A stretch of DNA of 63,825 bases, filler included. It is 4 parts of 4 records of this genome, joined end to end, with 100 filler letters (N's around TTAATTAATTAA, not from the genome) between each part and the next. Parts side by side here need not be neighbours in the genome. Positions count along the whole stretch, not along the records: positions 1 to 23,455 come from DRR723986_3408; 3 more parts are not named here. The stretch is one strand, 5' to 3'. Every line of letters starts with the position of its first letter. Position 1 is the first letter of the stretch. The position numbers and the translations under genes are program-made. Of the stretch, positions 10,056-18,806 are shown piece by piece. Below the pieces are notes generated by a model. It saw nothing but the letters and a program-made list of their open reading frames with translations. It made no database searches and was not told the origin of the DNA.

Positions 10056-10523
10056 TTAGTTCTTCGGCTTCACCGGCGACACATGCATGCTGATCTCAGC
10101 GGTGAAGACAACCGTACCATCTTCCTCCTTTACCTCGACCTGCACCGGCACTTCGCCTTTTTCACCCACTTCTATTTCCCGCATGCTCGCATAGCCGCGC
10201 AACACCCCTTTAGCAGGCTTTAAATAACGTACCGTCATTCCGGCGGGGATCCAACGCATACCTTTGGGCATTGATACTTCGGCAGTCATTCCGCCAACGA
10301 CCTCGGCCAGGTTACAAAGCGCGATCGCATGAACCGTACCAATGTGATTGTGAATAGAGCGACGCTCACGAATTCGCACCACCCCATAGCCAACACCCAA
10401 CTCTTCAAAACGCGGAGAGATCGTAGAGAAGTAAGGCGCTTTCATGCATATCGCCTTAGAGAAAGCCAGCTTGCCACCGGGGTACGCTGACAACTTACGC
10501 CACATTTTCAATACAGAATTCAT
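10056..10523 (-). CDS. Hotdog-fold (PaaI/DUF4442-like) thioesterase family protein
   Basis: APYFSTI, HNHIGTVHAIALCNLAE, MRWIP..MTVRYLKPAKG. Confidence 0.85.
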   Translation of the reverse strand: MNSVLKMWRKLSAYPGGKLAFSKAICMKAPYFSTISPRFEELGVGYGVVRIRERRSIHNHIGTVHAIALCNLAEVVGGMTAEVSMPKGMRWIPAGMTVRYLKPAKGVLRGYASMREIEVGEKGEVPVQVEVKEEDGTVVFTAEISMHVSPVKPKN

Positions 10524-10680
10524 AACACTACCTCCAGAACAAGGTCATCAGACTAGCACCGCCCCCGCGTCAGGCCATTGACCCCAAATTCTGGATGCGG
10601 CGAATTTACAGCCATAGAAACCTCCCCGCGGCCACCGTCGCGGCATCATCACAATCAGGCCAAATAATAACTACAATGCA

Positions 10681-10700
10681 GTTGATAATTAATCTCATTA
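10681..10700. promoter_or_regulatory. Fur box upstream of the lipoprotein/imelysin/TonB receptor operon
   Basis: TGATAAT-T-AATCTCA at 10683-10697 matches 12 of 14 positions of TGATAAT-N-ATTATCA, about 90 nt before the ATG. Confidence 0.8.
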
Positions 10701-10785
10701 TGAAGTAGAGTTACACCCTCGCGTGCAGCAAGGCAAAATAGTTGCGCACCTCTTTTCCAACCATGAGATAACTTGAGCAGACAAT

Positions 10786-12270
10786 ATGAGTAAACGCACA
10801 CTGATTTCAGCGACGATAGCTGCTTCTGTAGCAACCCTTGCCGCATGCGGTGGCGGTGGCGGCGGCGGAAATGGCGGCGGCAACGGCAACTCAGGTCAGC
10901 CCAATATCCCAGAGACGTACAGCTTCGAAAGCAAGATCACTGCTGGCGCAAGCGCGGTAAGCTACACCGGGCAAACGGCTCGCCAGCTGTTGATTGCGGA
11001 CCTTGTTATTGCCTTAAACGCTCTGCAGGACAACCCCGGTGCAACGCCCGCCTCAGTTGAGAACGACCTGGATTTCTACATCGGTGGCAATGTTGATTCC
11101 ACTAACTACAGCTACAGCATCAGCGGCCAAACCTTAATTCCCGGGCCGACCTACGGCGACATTTCCACCGGCAAAAACCTCGACGGCAAGATTGCCGGCG
11201 GCAATGGAACCGGCGGCGGTGAAACCAGCAAATTAATTGGTAACGAGTTTTTTGGCTGGGGTGAATTAAGCAGCAACGCCCTGCCCATCGACCTGGTCGA
11301 CCTATTTATCGAGCGCGTCGCCAATGAAGCGACTGATGGCGTTGACCCACAAATTGCCACTACAGGCGGTAACGCCAATATTGGCACCGTCACCGTCGAC
11401 TCAGAGGGCCGCGACTACCGCCAGCTGATCCAGAAATTCCTGCTGGGTGCAGTCACCTTCTCTCAAGGCACTAACGACTACCTTAAAACCGACTTTTCTG
11501 ACGACGACAATCACCTTCAGGACGGCAGCAAACCCTACACGTTTGCCGAGCACAAGTGGGACGAGGCCTTTGGCTACTTCGGTGCAGCGCGGGACTACAA
11601 CAGCTACAGCGACGCAGACATTGCCGGCGATGCGTTCTTCAAAGACAGCAACGACGATGGCAGCATCGACTTACGCAGTGAGGTGAACCTCGCCAATTCA
11701 ACAAACTGTGCCAAGCGCGACAAGGGTAGCCAAACTGGCACCGATTTCACGAAAACCGTGTTTGACGCCTTCAAAGCGGGCCGCTTTATCCTGAACGAAG
11801 CCGCGACAAACGGCGGCCTCAGCGCTGATGAATTGAGCGAACTGAATACGCAAATTGAAATCGCGGCAAAAACCTGGGAAAAATGCATCGCCGCCACGGT
11901 GGTTCACTACGTGAACGATGTTCTTGGCGATATGGATAATTTCGGCAACGGTGTTTTCGCAGACCGAGACAACTTCCTTGATCTCGCCAAGCACTGGAGC
12001 GAAATGAAAGGCTTCGCGTTGGGCTTGCAGTTCAGTCCCTACTCCCCTTTCCGCGATGGCAGCGTCTCGGGCGCCAACCTTCAGAACCTCAAGGACTTGC
12101 TCGAAAAAATGGGTGATGCACCCGTGTTAGCCGACGGCTCACAAAATGGCAACGCGCCAACCGGCACTGCTCAGCAAGCCATTGATGCCTACCGTCAAGA
12201 CTTGCTGTCTATTCGTAGTACACTGCAAACCGCTTACGAGTTCGAAAGCACGGACGTCGAAAACTGGTAA
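10786..12270 (+). CDS. Lipoprotein, probably DUF4856 family
   Basis: Lipobox LAAC, Gly-rich linker, then SYTGQTAR, HKWDEAFGYFG and HWSEMKGF motifs. The family name is from recognition, not a search. Confidence 0.7.
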   Translation: MSKRTLISATIAASVATLAACGGGGGGGNGGGNGNSGQPNIPETYSFESKITAGASAVSYTGQTARQLLIADLVIALNALQDNPGATPASVENDLDFYIGGNVDSTNYSYSISGQTLIPGPTYGDISTGKNLDGKIAGGNGTGGGETSKLIGNEFFGWGELSSNALPIDLVDLFIERVANEATDGVDPQIATTGGNANIGTVTVDSEGRDYRQLIQKFLLGAVTFSQGTNDYLKTDFSDDDNHLQDGSKPYTFAEHKWDEAFGYFGAARDYNSYSDADIAGDAFFKDSNDDGSIDLRSEVNLANSTNCAKRDKGSQTGTDFTKTVFDAFKAGRFILNEAATNGGLSADELSELNTQIEIAAKTWEKCIAATVVHYVNDVLGDMDNFGNGVFADRDNFLDLAKHWSEMKGFALGLQFSPYSPFRDGSVSGANLQNLKDLLEKMGDAPVLADGSQNGNAPTGTAQQAIDAYRQDLLSIRSTLQTAYEFESTDVENW

Positions 12271-12301
12271 TGGCGAGCTAACGTAAATAAGCACATCTGA
12301 T

Positions 12302-12323
12302 AAAGGCGCTCTATGCGCCTTTT
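12302..12323 (+). terminator. Intra-operon hairpin (weak terminator or mRNA stabiliser)
   Basis: AAAGGCGC-TCTAT-GCGCCTTT-T. Confidence 0.6.
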
Positions 12324-12345
12324 GTTCGTTTAGACGAGATTCTTT

Positions 12346-13599
12346 ATGAAAGCCCTTGTGAACTCCCGATCAAAAACCATTGCGAGCGTGTTCGCACTGT
12401 CACTGTCGCTAACCGCCTGCGTCGACGACAGTGGTGGTAACAGCACTAAGGTCAACGCCGATAATTTTGACTTCGTGCGTATGCTGGCCAACTACGCCGA
12501 CAACATTATCATCCCCAATTACCAAGACGCGGCGCAGCAAAGTGCTCAACTCGGTGACGCAAACGGCGCCATTGCGGAATACTGCAGCGCAATCGATACC
12601 GCTCAAGAAAGTGCCGCGCTCACCAATGCACAGCTGCAGTGGCAAGAGACGATGGATGCCTGGCAGCTTACCGAGCTCCACCAACTCGGCCCCGCCACAG
12701 ACAACAACAGTGCGCTGCGCAACCGCGTGCTATCTTTTTCCAGAGGCAACCCTCTCAGCAGCTGCGGCGTAGACCAGGCCACCGTACTGGCCTCTACTGA
12801 CAGCAGCTTTGATCTTGCGAGCCGCCCGACCAACCAACGCGGCCTGGGCGCAGTGGAATATCTGCTGTTTGAAGATGACCTAAACCACACCTGCCCAAGC
12901 CAAATTCAAGAAACCGCTGACTGGAACCAACGCCCAGAAGCCGAGCGCAAAACGCTGCGCTGTAACTACGCCCTGCTGTTGGCCGAAGACGTAAGCAATG
13001 CCGCCAACAGCATCGCTGAGGCCTGGGCCACGTCGTCTGGCAACTACCGCTCCACATTCGTTAACCCCGCCAATGCTGGCAGCAACACTAAAGCGCTTTC
13101 AGACGCACTGTTCTATCTCGACACAGAAACCAAAGATGCCAAGCTGGGCATTCCACTGGGCATTAGCGCCAGTTGCAGTCAGCCGGCCTGCCCCGAAGTG
13201 ACCGAATCGCCCTACGCCGAGCACAGCCTCCGCAATGTAGAAAGCAACCTCAACGCCTTTATCACACTGATTAATGGCGGCAGTGGCTTGGGCTTTGATG
13301 ACATTATTAATCAGGCTGGCGTGAGCACCGTCACGGAACTCTTGCTGGATAATACTGCGGCGGCGCTGGCGGAAATCGACGCGATATCCGTTTCGCTCTC
13401 AGAGCAGGCTAGCGGCATCACCAGCTCAGCGGATGAGTCAGCCTGCGCAACGGCCGCAGATAACCCTGACGGCGCCCGAGACATTCCCGCCTGCAATGTT
13501 TACGGCTACATACGCCGTATTACAGACACCCTGAAAGTAGGATTTGTTGCCGCGGTAGACGTCGATTTACCCGATCGCGCCCAATCGGACAATGACTGA
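12346..13599 (+). CDS. Imelysin (peptidase M75)-like lipoprotein
   Basis: Lipobox LTAC; ADNIIIPNY, QWQETMDAWQ, RGLGAVEYLLF, KLGIPLG, ESPYA and terminal SDND are typical of the family. Confidence 0.85.
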   Translation: MKALVNSRSKTIASVFALSLSLTACVDDSGGNSTKVNADNFDFVRMLANYADNIIIPNYQDAAQQSAQLGDANGAIAEYCSAIDTAQESAALTNAQLQWQETMDAWQLTELHQLGPATDNNSALRNRVLSFSRGNPLSSCGVDQATVLASTDSSFDLASRPTNQRGLGAVEYLLFEDDLNHTCPSQIQETADWNQRPEAERKTLRCNYALLLAEDVSNAANSIAEAWATSSGNYRSTFVNPANAGSNTKALSDALFYLDTETKDAKLGIPLGISASCSQPACPEVTESPYAEHSLRNVESNLNAFITLINGGSGLGFDDIINQAGVSTVTELLLDNTAAALAEIDAISVSLSEQASGITSSADESACATAADNPDGARDIPACNVYGYIRRITDTLKVGFVAAVDVDLPDRAQSDND

Positions 13600-15775
13600 G
13601 ACAACCTCCATGAAACTACATTACGTACTCATCGCCGCCGCGCTTTCTCCAGCAGCTGTGGCGGAAAGCCAACGCCAACCTGAAGAAGTTCTGGTAACCG
13701 GCGGGCGAAATGCCATATCAAACCTTGCGGGCTCTGCACAGATTATCGACGAAGAGATGCTTGAACAGTTCGATTACTCGGATTTGAATCAAGTCATGTC
13801 TGCGCTGCCCGGCGTGTATATTCGCGAAGAAGACGGTTACGGTCTTCGCCCGAATATCGGCATACGCGGGGCCACGTCCGAGCGCAGCCAAAAAATCACC
13901 ATCATGGAAGACGGCGTACTGATCACGCCCGCGCCCTACAGTGCACCCGCGGCGTACTATATTCCCAATATCAGCCGCATGAGCGCCGTAGAGGTTGTGA
14001 AAGGCCCATCGGCGATTTACCACGGCCCGCATACCGTGGGCGGCGCGATTAACTTTGCGACCCGCGCTATCGCCATCGACCCAGAGAGAGAAGTCGATGC
14101 CACCTTCGGCAGCGACAACTACCAAAAATACCAACTCTATAGCAGCGAAACGCTGACAACCGCCGACGGTAGTGAACTGGGCTATGCCATCGATGCGCTG
14201 CGCTTTAGTGGTGACGGCTTTAAAGAGCTCGATGGTGGTGGTGATACCGGGTTCGTGCGAAACGACATCAATCTCAAATTCAGCCTTCGCCCTGCCTCAG
14301 CACAAAACCAGCTGTTCACCCTCAAACTGGGTTTCGCCGATGAGGAAGCAGATGAAACCTACCTGGGCCTAACCACCGAAGACTTTAACGACGATCCCTA
14401 CCGGCGTTACCGCGCCAGTCAACTTGATCGGTTTACCTCCGAACATAGCCAGATTCATTTAAGCCACGCCTTCGAAGTTTCGGAGAATGTGCAACTCAAC
14501 AGTGCGGTTTACTGGAACCAGTTCGACCGCAGCTGGAACAAACTTGATGGCTTTATCGACGGCGTGGCTATTCGCGATGTCCTGAACTTCCCGGATGTGT
14601 TTACCCGTGAACTCGGCATTCTGCGCGGTGAAATCAACTCGGATGGCAGCGACAGCGACATGCTCGACGTGACCAATAATGACCGCGAGTACGGCTCAAT
14701 GGGCATTCAGTCCTCCGTTACATACCGCACCAGCTGGGGCGAAGCCGAGCACGAAATCCAGACTGGGCTGCGCATGCACCACGACTACGTGGAAAGGGAC
14801 CACAGTATTCGCGGATACCTGATGACCGATGGCAACATGGTCAATGACGGGCAACAGCGTGGCAGCAAGGTTCGTAACGAAGCGAGCACCGATGCCATTG
14901 CCTTGTATGTTGTCGACACCATCCAATGGCGAGACCTTCGCTTTACCCTGGGTTTCCGTCACGAGAATATCCGCGGGGACAACGAAGACTTCCTAACCGG
15001 TACCGACAACGACAAGTCGCAGTCCATTACCCTGCCTGGCGCCGGTGTATTCTGGCAGCTCAATGAACAGCTCGGCCTGCTTGTTGGCATTAACCGCGGA
15101 TTTTCCCCCGCCGCTCCCAGTGCCGGCAGCAATGTAGACCCCGAAGAGAGCACCAACCTGGAATACGGGCTGCGCTTCGAGCAAGACAATTTGCAACTGG
15201 AAGCGATTGGCTTTTTCAGCGACTACGAAAACCTGCTCGGTCGCTGTCGCGTCAGTGATCCCGGCTGCACACCCGGCGAAGAATTCAACGGCGACAATGT
15301 TGAAATTGCCGGTCTCGAACTAACCGGCCGATGGGACATGCAACTTGCTGCGGGCCTCAATGGCGCCATCGGGTTTTCATACACCTATACCGAGAGCGCA
15401 TTCCAAACCGACTTCAGCAGCAGCTTCTCCCAGTGGGGCGACGTTGAAGCGGGTGACGAACTGCCATATCTACCCAAACACGTAGGCCAATTGCAGCTCG
15501 CTGTGCGCGGTTCCAGCTGGGAAGCCAGTACCGCCATTAGTCACCAAAGCGAAATGCGAGATCAGGCTGGCGATGAGTCGCTTTCGCAGGTACGCCACAC
15601 CGACGCGTATACCACCGTGGACAGCTCAGTCAGCTGGTTCCTCGACGAGCACTGGACGCTACAAGTGAGCGTCGACAACGTATTGGATGAAGAAGCCGTC
15701 GTTTCCCTGCGTCCCTTCGGCGCCCGCCCCAATAAGCCAAGAACGGCGCGATTGCGCGTGAAGTACCAATTCTAG
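13592..15775 (+). CDS. TonB-dependent receptor (FecA-like)
   Basis: Signal peptide, EEVLVTG TonB box, EEDGYGLRPNIGIRG plug, VEVVKGP, C-terminal YQF. The start may be 13610. Confidence 0.93.
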   Translation: MTETTSMKLHYVLIAAALSPAAVAESQRQPEEVLVTGGRNAISNLAGSAQIIDEEMLEQFDYSDLNQVMSALPGVYIREEDGYGLRPNIGIRGATSERSQKITIMEDGVLITPAPYSAPAAYYIPNISRMSAVEVVKGPSAIYHGPHTVGGAINFATRAIAIDPEREVDATFGSDNYQKYQLYSSETLTTADGSELGYAIDALRFSGDGFKELDGGGDTGFVRNDINLKFSLRPASAQNQLFTLKLGFADEEADETYLGLTTEDFNDDPYRRYRASQLDRFTSEHSQIHLSHAFEVSENVQLNSAVYWNQFDRSWNKLDGFIDGVAIRDVLNFPDVFTRELGILRGEINSDGSDSDMLDVTNNDREYGSMGIQSSVTYRTSWGEAEHEIQTGLRMHHDYVERDHSIRGYLMTDGNMVNDGQQRGSKVRNEASTDAIALYVVDTIQWRDLRFTLGFRHENIRGDNEDFLTGTDNDKSQSITLPGAGVFWQLNEQLGLLVGINRGFSPAAPSAGSNVDPEESTNLEYGLRFEQDNLQLEAIGFFSDYENLLGRCRVSDPGCTPGEEFNGDNVEIAGLELTGRWDMQLAAGLNGAIGFSYTYTESAFQTDFSSSFSQWGDVEAGDELPYLPKHVGQLQLAVRGSSWEASTAISHQSEMRDQAGDESLSQVRHTDAYTTVDSSVSWFLDEHWTLQVSVDNVLDEEAVVSLRPFGARPNKPRTARLRVKYQF

Positions 15776-15785
15776 GCCAATAATT

Positions 15786-16727
15786 GTGGAGAGCGTTCTG
15801 GATGCCATTTTGTCGCCGCTATCGATTACCCTCGATCCCGGCCGGCGACTATTTTGGCTCTTTCTTCTCTCCTCGCTGGTACTGGCGTCTATCACCGTTG
15901 CCGTGCAACAGCGCCGCTTTGACCTGAGAGAACAACTCCGCTCACTGGGCAATCGGCGCTACTGGTTTAATCGCTCGACAGCGACTGACGGAGGCCTGCT
16001 GTTTCTCAACAGCCTGATCCGAGGCAGTCTGCTTATTCCTTTGCTCGGCAGTCACTTGGCAGGCACCATCTTGGTTGGCAGTTGGCTGCAAAGCCAGTTC
16101 GGGGACGCCCCCTCGCTCAACCTTGCCCCGGCGCTGATCGCCATCACGTACACCGTGGTGTTTTTCATCACCGAGGACTTTAGTCGCTTTGCCCTGCATA
16201 CCGTCATGCATAAATTCCCGGTGCTGTGGCATTTTCACCGCACGCATCACAGCGCCACAACACTCACGCCATTAACGGTGCACCGTGTACACCCCGTTGA
16301 AATGGCACTGTATTACCTGCGCGGCCTGGTCGTTTTTAGCGTGATTAGTGGTAGCTTCGTCTACCTGTTTCGCGGCCAGGTATCGGGCGTCGCGATTCTC
16401 GGCGTCGATTGTCTTGGCTTTTTATTTAATGCCCTCGGCGCAAACCTTCGGCATTCACATATTTTCTTGAGCTTTGGCCGATTGGAACGCTGGTTCATCA
16501 GCCCCGCTCAGCACCAAATCCATCATTCCAGTGCCGTTGAACATCAAGACAGGAATTTCGGTACCTGCCTGGCGATATGGGATCGCCTATTGAATAGCTG
16601 GACGCCAGCGGGCCAGCGGCGCGATTTCAGCTTTGGCCTCACTGAGCAGGCCCGCTCCGAAGCCACAAAAAACCCGGCTCTAGGGCCGGGTTTTCAAGAG
16701 ACGTACTTGCAAGCAAAAAGGAGTTAA
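15786..16727 (+). CDS. Sterol desaturase / fatty acid hydroxylase family membrane protein
   Basis: Hydrophobic helices plus His boxes HTVMH, HRTHH, HRVHP, RHSH, HQIHH and RNFG. Confidence 0.88.
   Translation: MESVLDAILSPLSITLDPGRRLFWLFLLSSLVLASITVAVQQRRFDLREQLRSLGNRRYWFNRSTATDGGLLFLNSLIRGSLLIPLLGSHLAGTILVGSWLQSQFGDAPSLNLAPALIAITYTVVFFITEDFSRFALHTVMHKFPVLWHFHRTHHSATTLTPLTVHRVHPVEMALYYLRGLVVFSVISGSFVYLFRGQVSGVAILGVDCLGFLFNALGANLRHSHIFLSFGRLERWFISPAQHQIHHSSAVEHQDRNFGTCLAIWDRLLNSWTPAGQRRDFSFGLTEQARSEATKNPALGPGFQETYLQAKRS
16667..16694. terminator. Terminator of grxD, lying inside the 3' end of the desaturase ORF
   Basis: AAAAAACCCGGC-TCTAGG-GCCGGGTTTT. Confidence 0.7.
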
Positions 16728-17056
16728 CCTTCCGCCGCCTCGCCAGCTGAGGTTTCTTTCAGCAGGGTTTGCAGCTCACCGCTCTCATACATTTCACATA
16801 TGATGTCGCAGCCGCCAATCAGTTCGCCCTTAACCCACAACTGGGGGAAGGTCGGCCAGTTAGCGTACTCAGGCAGTTTTGCGCGAATATCGGGGTTAGA
16901 CAAAATATCCACAAAGGCGAATCGCTCGCCACAACCCATCAGTGCCTGAGAGGCGCGTGCAGAGAAGCCACACTGAGGCTGATTGGGTGAACCCTTCATA
17001 TAGATAATGATGGGGTTGTTTTCGATTTGCTGTTTAATTGCGTCGATCGTATCCAT
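16724..17056 (-). CDS. grxD: Monothiol glutaredoxin (Grx4)
   Basis: YMKGSP..PQCGFS, WPTFPQLW, GGCD; start ATG 17056. Confidence 0.96.
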   Translation of the reverse strand: MDTIDAIKQQIENNPIIIYMKGSPNQPQCGFSARASQALMGCGERFAFVDILSNPDIRAKLPEYANWPTFPQLWVKGELIGGCDIICEMYESGELQTLLKETSAGEAAEG

Positions 17057-17147
17057 TGAGTACCTGCCGTATCGGCGTCCGGCAAACCGATGAGTAAAAG
17101 CCCGGACCATTTCAGAGCGCTATTCTAACAATTCCCGGCGCGAAAAG

Positions 17148-18680
17148 TCATGCCTGCCCCCAGCCACCCCCGCCGGGCGTGGCAATGCGCAAGCGGTCAC
17201 CGGGCTTTGCCAGCGCACTTACTTTTGCTGGTAAGCGCTCGCCATTCAGGCTGTTTTCCCCGCAGCGACCCGCGTCCCCCCCTTGCAAGCCCCAGGGCGC
17301 GACATAGCGGCGCTCGGTAAGCAAGGTAAAGCGCGCGGTCGCCAGGAATTCAAACTCGCGCACCAGGCCGTCGCCTCCGCAATGCCGCCCGCCGCCACCG
17401 CTGCCGCGGCGCAGGCTGTATTGGCGAATGCGCAACGGGTAGTGCATTTCCAAGCTCTCCACCGGGGTGTTCAGCGTATTGGTCATATGGCACTGCACAC
17501 CACTCAGTCCAGCTCCCTCGGCATGACCGCCGCTCCCCCCCGCCAGGGTTTCATAGTAGTGCCAGGGCTCGCCCTCTAACGAGCCCATCGCCACATTGTT
17601 CATGCTGCCGTGCGCTGCGGCGGGAATGCGCTCCGGCAGAGCCTGCGCGAGTGCGCCCAATACCGCGTCGCACGCGCGCATAGAGGTTTCGACATTGCCC
17701 GCCGCCACAGCCGCCGGCCGCCGTGCATTCAGCAGGCAACCTTCGGGAACACGAAGACTAATGGGGCGGAACAAGCCCGCGCATACCGGCGCCTCATTGG
17801 GCATCAGACATCGAAACGCGTAATACACCGCCGCTGCAGCCACTGACCGCGGACAGTTAATATTGCCCGGTACTTGTTCAGCGGTGCCGGTAAAGTCCAC
17901 CGTCGCCCGGCCGCCCCCCAGGGACAACAACACCTCAATCGTCAGGTTTTTCTGAACAAAGCCATCATCGTCCATAAGGTCTTGAAAACGGTACTCCCCA
18001 GCCGGTAATTCGGTTAAGCGGGAGGTCGCCAACTGCTCGGCATACGCCTGTAACTGAGTAACGGCCGCAGGAAACGGCAGCGGCAACGCCTCGACAACCT
18101 CGGCTAAGCGCGTCAGGCCACAGCGGTTCGCGCTAAGCTGGGCGACAAAGTCGCCGTGCTCACCCTCGCCAAACCATTCGTCCAGCAGGTGTCGCTGAAC
18201 AACACCATCGCGCTGCAATAGCGTGGGCGGGATCACAACGCCCTCTTCATCCAGGCTTTTTGACAGGGGCATCGAGCCCGGCGTTGAGCCGCCAATATCC
18301 GCGTGATGGGCGCGGTTCACAACAAATGCCAGCAACTCGCCGTGCAAAAAATACGGCGCAATGACCGTGACATCGGGCAGGTGGGTACCGCCAAGAAACG
18401 GGTCATTCAGCACCAACATATCGCCTTCTGACCAGTCGCAGGCGCCGACAATATCGGCCATCGCATAGGCCATACTACCGAGGTGAACGGGAATATGCGC
18501 CGCTTGTGCACACAGCGCGCCACCGGCATCAAAGATGGCACAGGAAAAGTCGAGCCGGTCTTTAATATTGGGTGAAAAAGCCGCCCGCTGCAGTACCGCT
18601 CCCATTTCCTCGCATACCGCTTCCAGGCGGCTTACGAAGAGCCCGAGTTTCACTGGGTCGAGCTGGGCGGTGTGAGTCAT
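17148..18680 (-). CDS. Hydantoinase B / 5-oxoprolinase subunit B family protein
   Basis: FSPNIKDRLDFSCA, HIPVHLGSM, NDPFLGGTHLPD, HHADIGG, HMTNT, TPGGGGWG. Confidence 0.93.
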   Translation of the reverse strand: MTHTAQLDPVKLGLFVSRLEAVCEEMGAVLQRAAFSPNIKDRLDFSCAIFDAGGALCAQAAHIPVHLGSMAYAMADIVGACDWSEGDMLVLNDPFLGGTHLPDVTVIAPYFLHGELLAFVVNRAHHADIGGSTPGSMPLSKSLDEEGVVIPPTLLQRDGVVQRHLLDEWFGEGEHGDFVAQLSANRCGLTRLAEVVEALPLPFPAAVTQLQAYAEQLATSRLTELPAGEYRFQDLMDDDGFVQKNLTIEVLLSLGGGRATVDFTGTAEQVPGNINCPRSVAAAAVYYAFRCLMPNEAPVCAGLFRPISLRVPEGCLLNARRPAAVAAGNVETSMRACDAVLGALAQALPERIPAAAHGSMNNVAMGSLEGEPWHYYETLAGGSGGHAEGAGLSGVQCHMTNTLNTPVESLEMHYPLRIRQYSLRRGSGGGGRHCGGDGLVREFEFLATARFTLLTERRYVAPWGLQGGDAGRCGENSLNGERLPAKVSALAKPGDRLRIATPGGGGWGQA

Positions 18681-18750
18681 ACCATCATCCTGTTAGGGCT
18701 AGCAAAATACTATTATCCCCAAAGCCACCAACATTCGCCAAACGCACCTC

Positions 18751-18777
18751 AAACAAAAACGGCCCCGAAGGGCCGTT
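18751..18777 (-). terminator. Terminator of the TonB receptor gene
   Basis: AACGGCCC-CGAA-GGGCCGTT with a T-tract on the minus strand. Confidence 0.75.
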
Positions 18778-18806
18778 AAGTCGATTATGTGTCAGTCCAT
18801 GACGAC

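Noticed and set aside
10846-10890. GGC/GGT-rich run as a phase-variable repeat
   Set aside because: It is an in-frame mixed-codon Gly/Asn linker after the lipobox Cys, ordinary for lipoproteins.
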